DNA of 60,875 bases, taken from NCBI GenBank assembly GCA_964474885.1, contig CAYYWO010000005.1, forward strand, positions 1-60,875, written 5' to 3'. The first letter of the stretch is position 1. Each line of letters starts with the position of its first letter. Of the stretch, positions 59,349 to 60,875 are shown piece by piece. Both the position numbers and the translations under genes were made by a program. The notes below the pieces were generated by a model. The model was not told the origin of the DNA, made no database searches, and was given only the letters and a program-made list of their open reading frames with translations. The DNA comes from Candidatus Hadarchaeota archaeon (GTDB taxonomy: Archaea; Hadarchaeota; Hadarchaeia; Hadarchaeales; JAWBSP01).

Positions 59349-60875
59349 CCCCCTACCACCTCGAAGACCAGCTCCTCCTTTCTAGCCGGCGGTGGCTTGT
59401 AAGTAGCTCGCGCCCTTGTCACTGCGACGACCAAACCAGCAAGACCTCCCGCACCCACCGGGATGGCAAGCAGAAACTGCGTCTCTACCCAAAGAGGGGC
59501 CAGCACCTGCACCCCTGCCGTCTCCGCACAACTGAAGTAAACCTGATTCCCTCCCCATGCCACTGTCAGACTCCAACTCCCCGTGAAATCTGGCACTCCG
59601 TGCTTCCGACACAACTCCTGAGGTTTGAACCGGTACGTGAACTCCCCGCCTGGACCTGTTGTTACGGTTTCTTGGAAAGTGAGCCCTCCAAGCCAGAACC
59701 TCAAAGTGATCTCTTCTCCTTCCAGTGGGGGATCCAGACGTCCCCAGATAGTTGTTGGCTTGTTCGCTCTTAGCACATTTTCAGATACAAGCACAGTCAG
59801 ATTACTCTTTGCCTTTATCACTTCGAAAACTACCTCGGGACTAACCGAGCCCTCATAGTAGGGATCTCCGTCCCAGGCGGCGTACCCCCTCCACATACCT
59901 AAGGACCGAACATTGAAGTTCTCGATCTTGAGTGAAAGACTCCCGTCCTCCTGTGTGTAGGCAGTCTTTTCCAAGGCTGAATTATCAGGCGAGAAGAGCC
60001 TCACCCTCACTAGGGTGCCTGCGATTGCAGGATTCAGTTTGCCTATGAGATAGACTGCCTCATCCAGATGAACAGTTGTGGGGGAAACCATCAGGCTCAA
60101 GGAAGTGGGTACCTTCTCGACCGTTAAACTAAATGTCTCGCTCTCAGTAGTGCTTGTACCATCCGTCACCCTAAAGAAAAACGTGTGGTTACCTACATCT
60201 TCTTTTTTAGGGGACCAACAGTACAGGAACTCGCTCTGAGATGTTTGGGTCATTTGGTAAGTCGACCCGTCAAGAACCAAGTAGGCTTTCACTGCGTCCC
60301 CATCCGGGTCGCTGGCCGAGAGTCTGAACGTGAAGATGTCCGCCCATGTGGCCTTGTCCGTGTACTCAGGGGTTCCAATCTGGGGAGATGTATTGTATTC
60401 CACCACCAGGGCAGGCCAGTCCTCACTGTATGCTGATTCATGAGAGTAGAAGCCGCGCTGAGCTGCCTGCTCGAAGACTAAACAAAAAGAAACATATCGG
60501 TCAGCCAAGGAGGAGGAGATCACTGTGCTCACATCCCAATGAACTGCATATTCTCCGCTACCGTCGGCATACCACTCAGGCGAGTACTGGGGTCTCGTCT
60601 CCCATGTTACATCCGACGCTATAGGTTGGAGCACTCTGTACACACGCGGTACAGCCAAGTCCCCCCAAGCATGGGAGAGAAAAAGCGTGGCGGAGATTAT
60701 TTGGGCGTTAGCAGGAATGCCTGACAGATCGAACATGAGATATGCCCATATAGAGTTGTCAGCGGTATTAGCAACTACCAGTTCCACCTCATGCGAAAAA
60801 CTAGAGTCTGGACTGTTGTTATCCACGTACGTGTCAACTGCAGGATGGATCTCGAGTCTCGTCGAGGCACGGACT
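59345..60875 (-). CDS. Cell-surface protein: DNRLRE/CBM96-like domain, Ig-like repeats, C-terminal TM anchor (5' end beyond window)
   Basis: AYLMFDLSGIP..AQIISATL, TWETRP, WDVS, FYSHE..PALVVEY; SDPDGD; repeated W-x-W-x-G Ig modules; frame open to the window edge. Confidence 0.75.
   Translation of the reverse strand, partial: VRASTRLEIHPAVDTYVDNNSPDSSFSHEVELVVANTADNSIWAYLMFDLSGIPANAQIISATLFLSHAWGDLAVPRVYRVLQPIASDVTWETRPQYSPEWYADGSGEYAVHWDVSTVISSSLADRYVSFCLVFEQAAQRGFYSHESAYSEDWPALVVEYNTSPQIGTPEYTDKATWADIFTFRLSASDPDGDAVKAYLVLDGSTYQMTQTSQSEFLYCWSPKKEDVGNHTFFFRVTDGTSTTESETFSLTVEKVPTSLSLMVSPTTVHLDEAVYLIGKLNPAIAGTLVRVRLFSPDNSALEKTAYTQEDGSLSLKIENFNVRSLGMWRGYAAWDGDPYYEGSVSPEVVFEVIKAKSNLTVLVSENVLRANKPTTIWGRLDPPLEGEEITLRFWLGGLTFQETVTTGPGGEFTYRFKPQELCRKHGVPDFTGSWSLTVAWGGNQVYFSCAETAGVQVLAPLWVETQFLLAIPVGAGGLAGLVVAVTRARATYKPPPARKEELVFEVVGG

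Overview
Archaeal chromosomal window, most likely from a thermophilic, euryarchaeal-type lineage (inferred from the archaeal riboflavin synthase, aIF2 subunits, eS6/eS28/eL24/eL8, KEOPS genes, BHB tRNA introns and TATA-type promoters). It is mostly housekeeping genes: polyamine, PLP, GlmS, ilvBN, NAD salvage, hisFH, translation factors and the eno-rps2-ipk-rnj-gltX cluster. There are three tRNA genes and a roughly 13.5 kb metal/Fe-S region (two DtxR paralogs with visible operators, FeoA/split FeoB, Mrp, a CoA-disulfide-reductase-like flavoprotein, COG1149 ATPases, NifX/IssA-like proteins, Trp-rich microproteins, DUF134). Several decayed accessory genes are also present. Most notable: (1) a 24-bp palindrome TGTCTGTTACCATGGTAACAGACA in three dispersed copies at core/accessory boundaries, linked to AAA ATPase genes; (2) a tRNA-Phe gene with two introns isolating the anticodon on a 7-nt micro-exon; (3) an in-frame eL24-NDK fusion; (4) an unannotated 17-aa Lys/Ala micropeptide with its own promoter and terminator; (5) an IssA-like Fe-S operon with stand-alone Trp-rich tails; (6) a wHTH-LigD-type primase-polymerase divergent from an endonuclease V lacking a catalytic Asp. 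No CRISPR array, rRNA, integrase or intact transposase was seen. All family calls are from motif recognition, not database searches.
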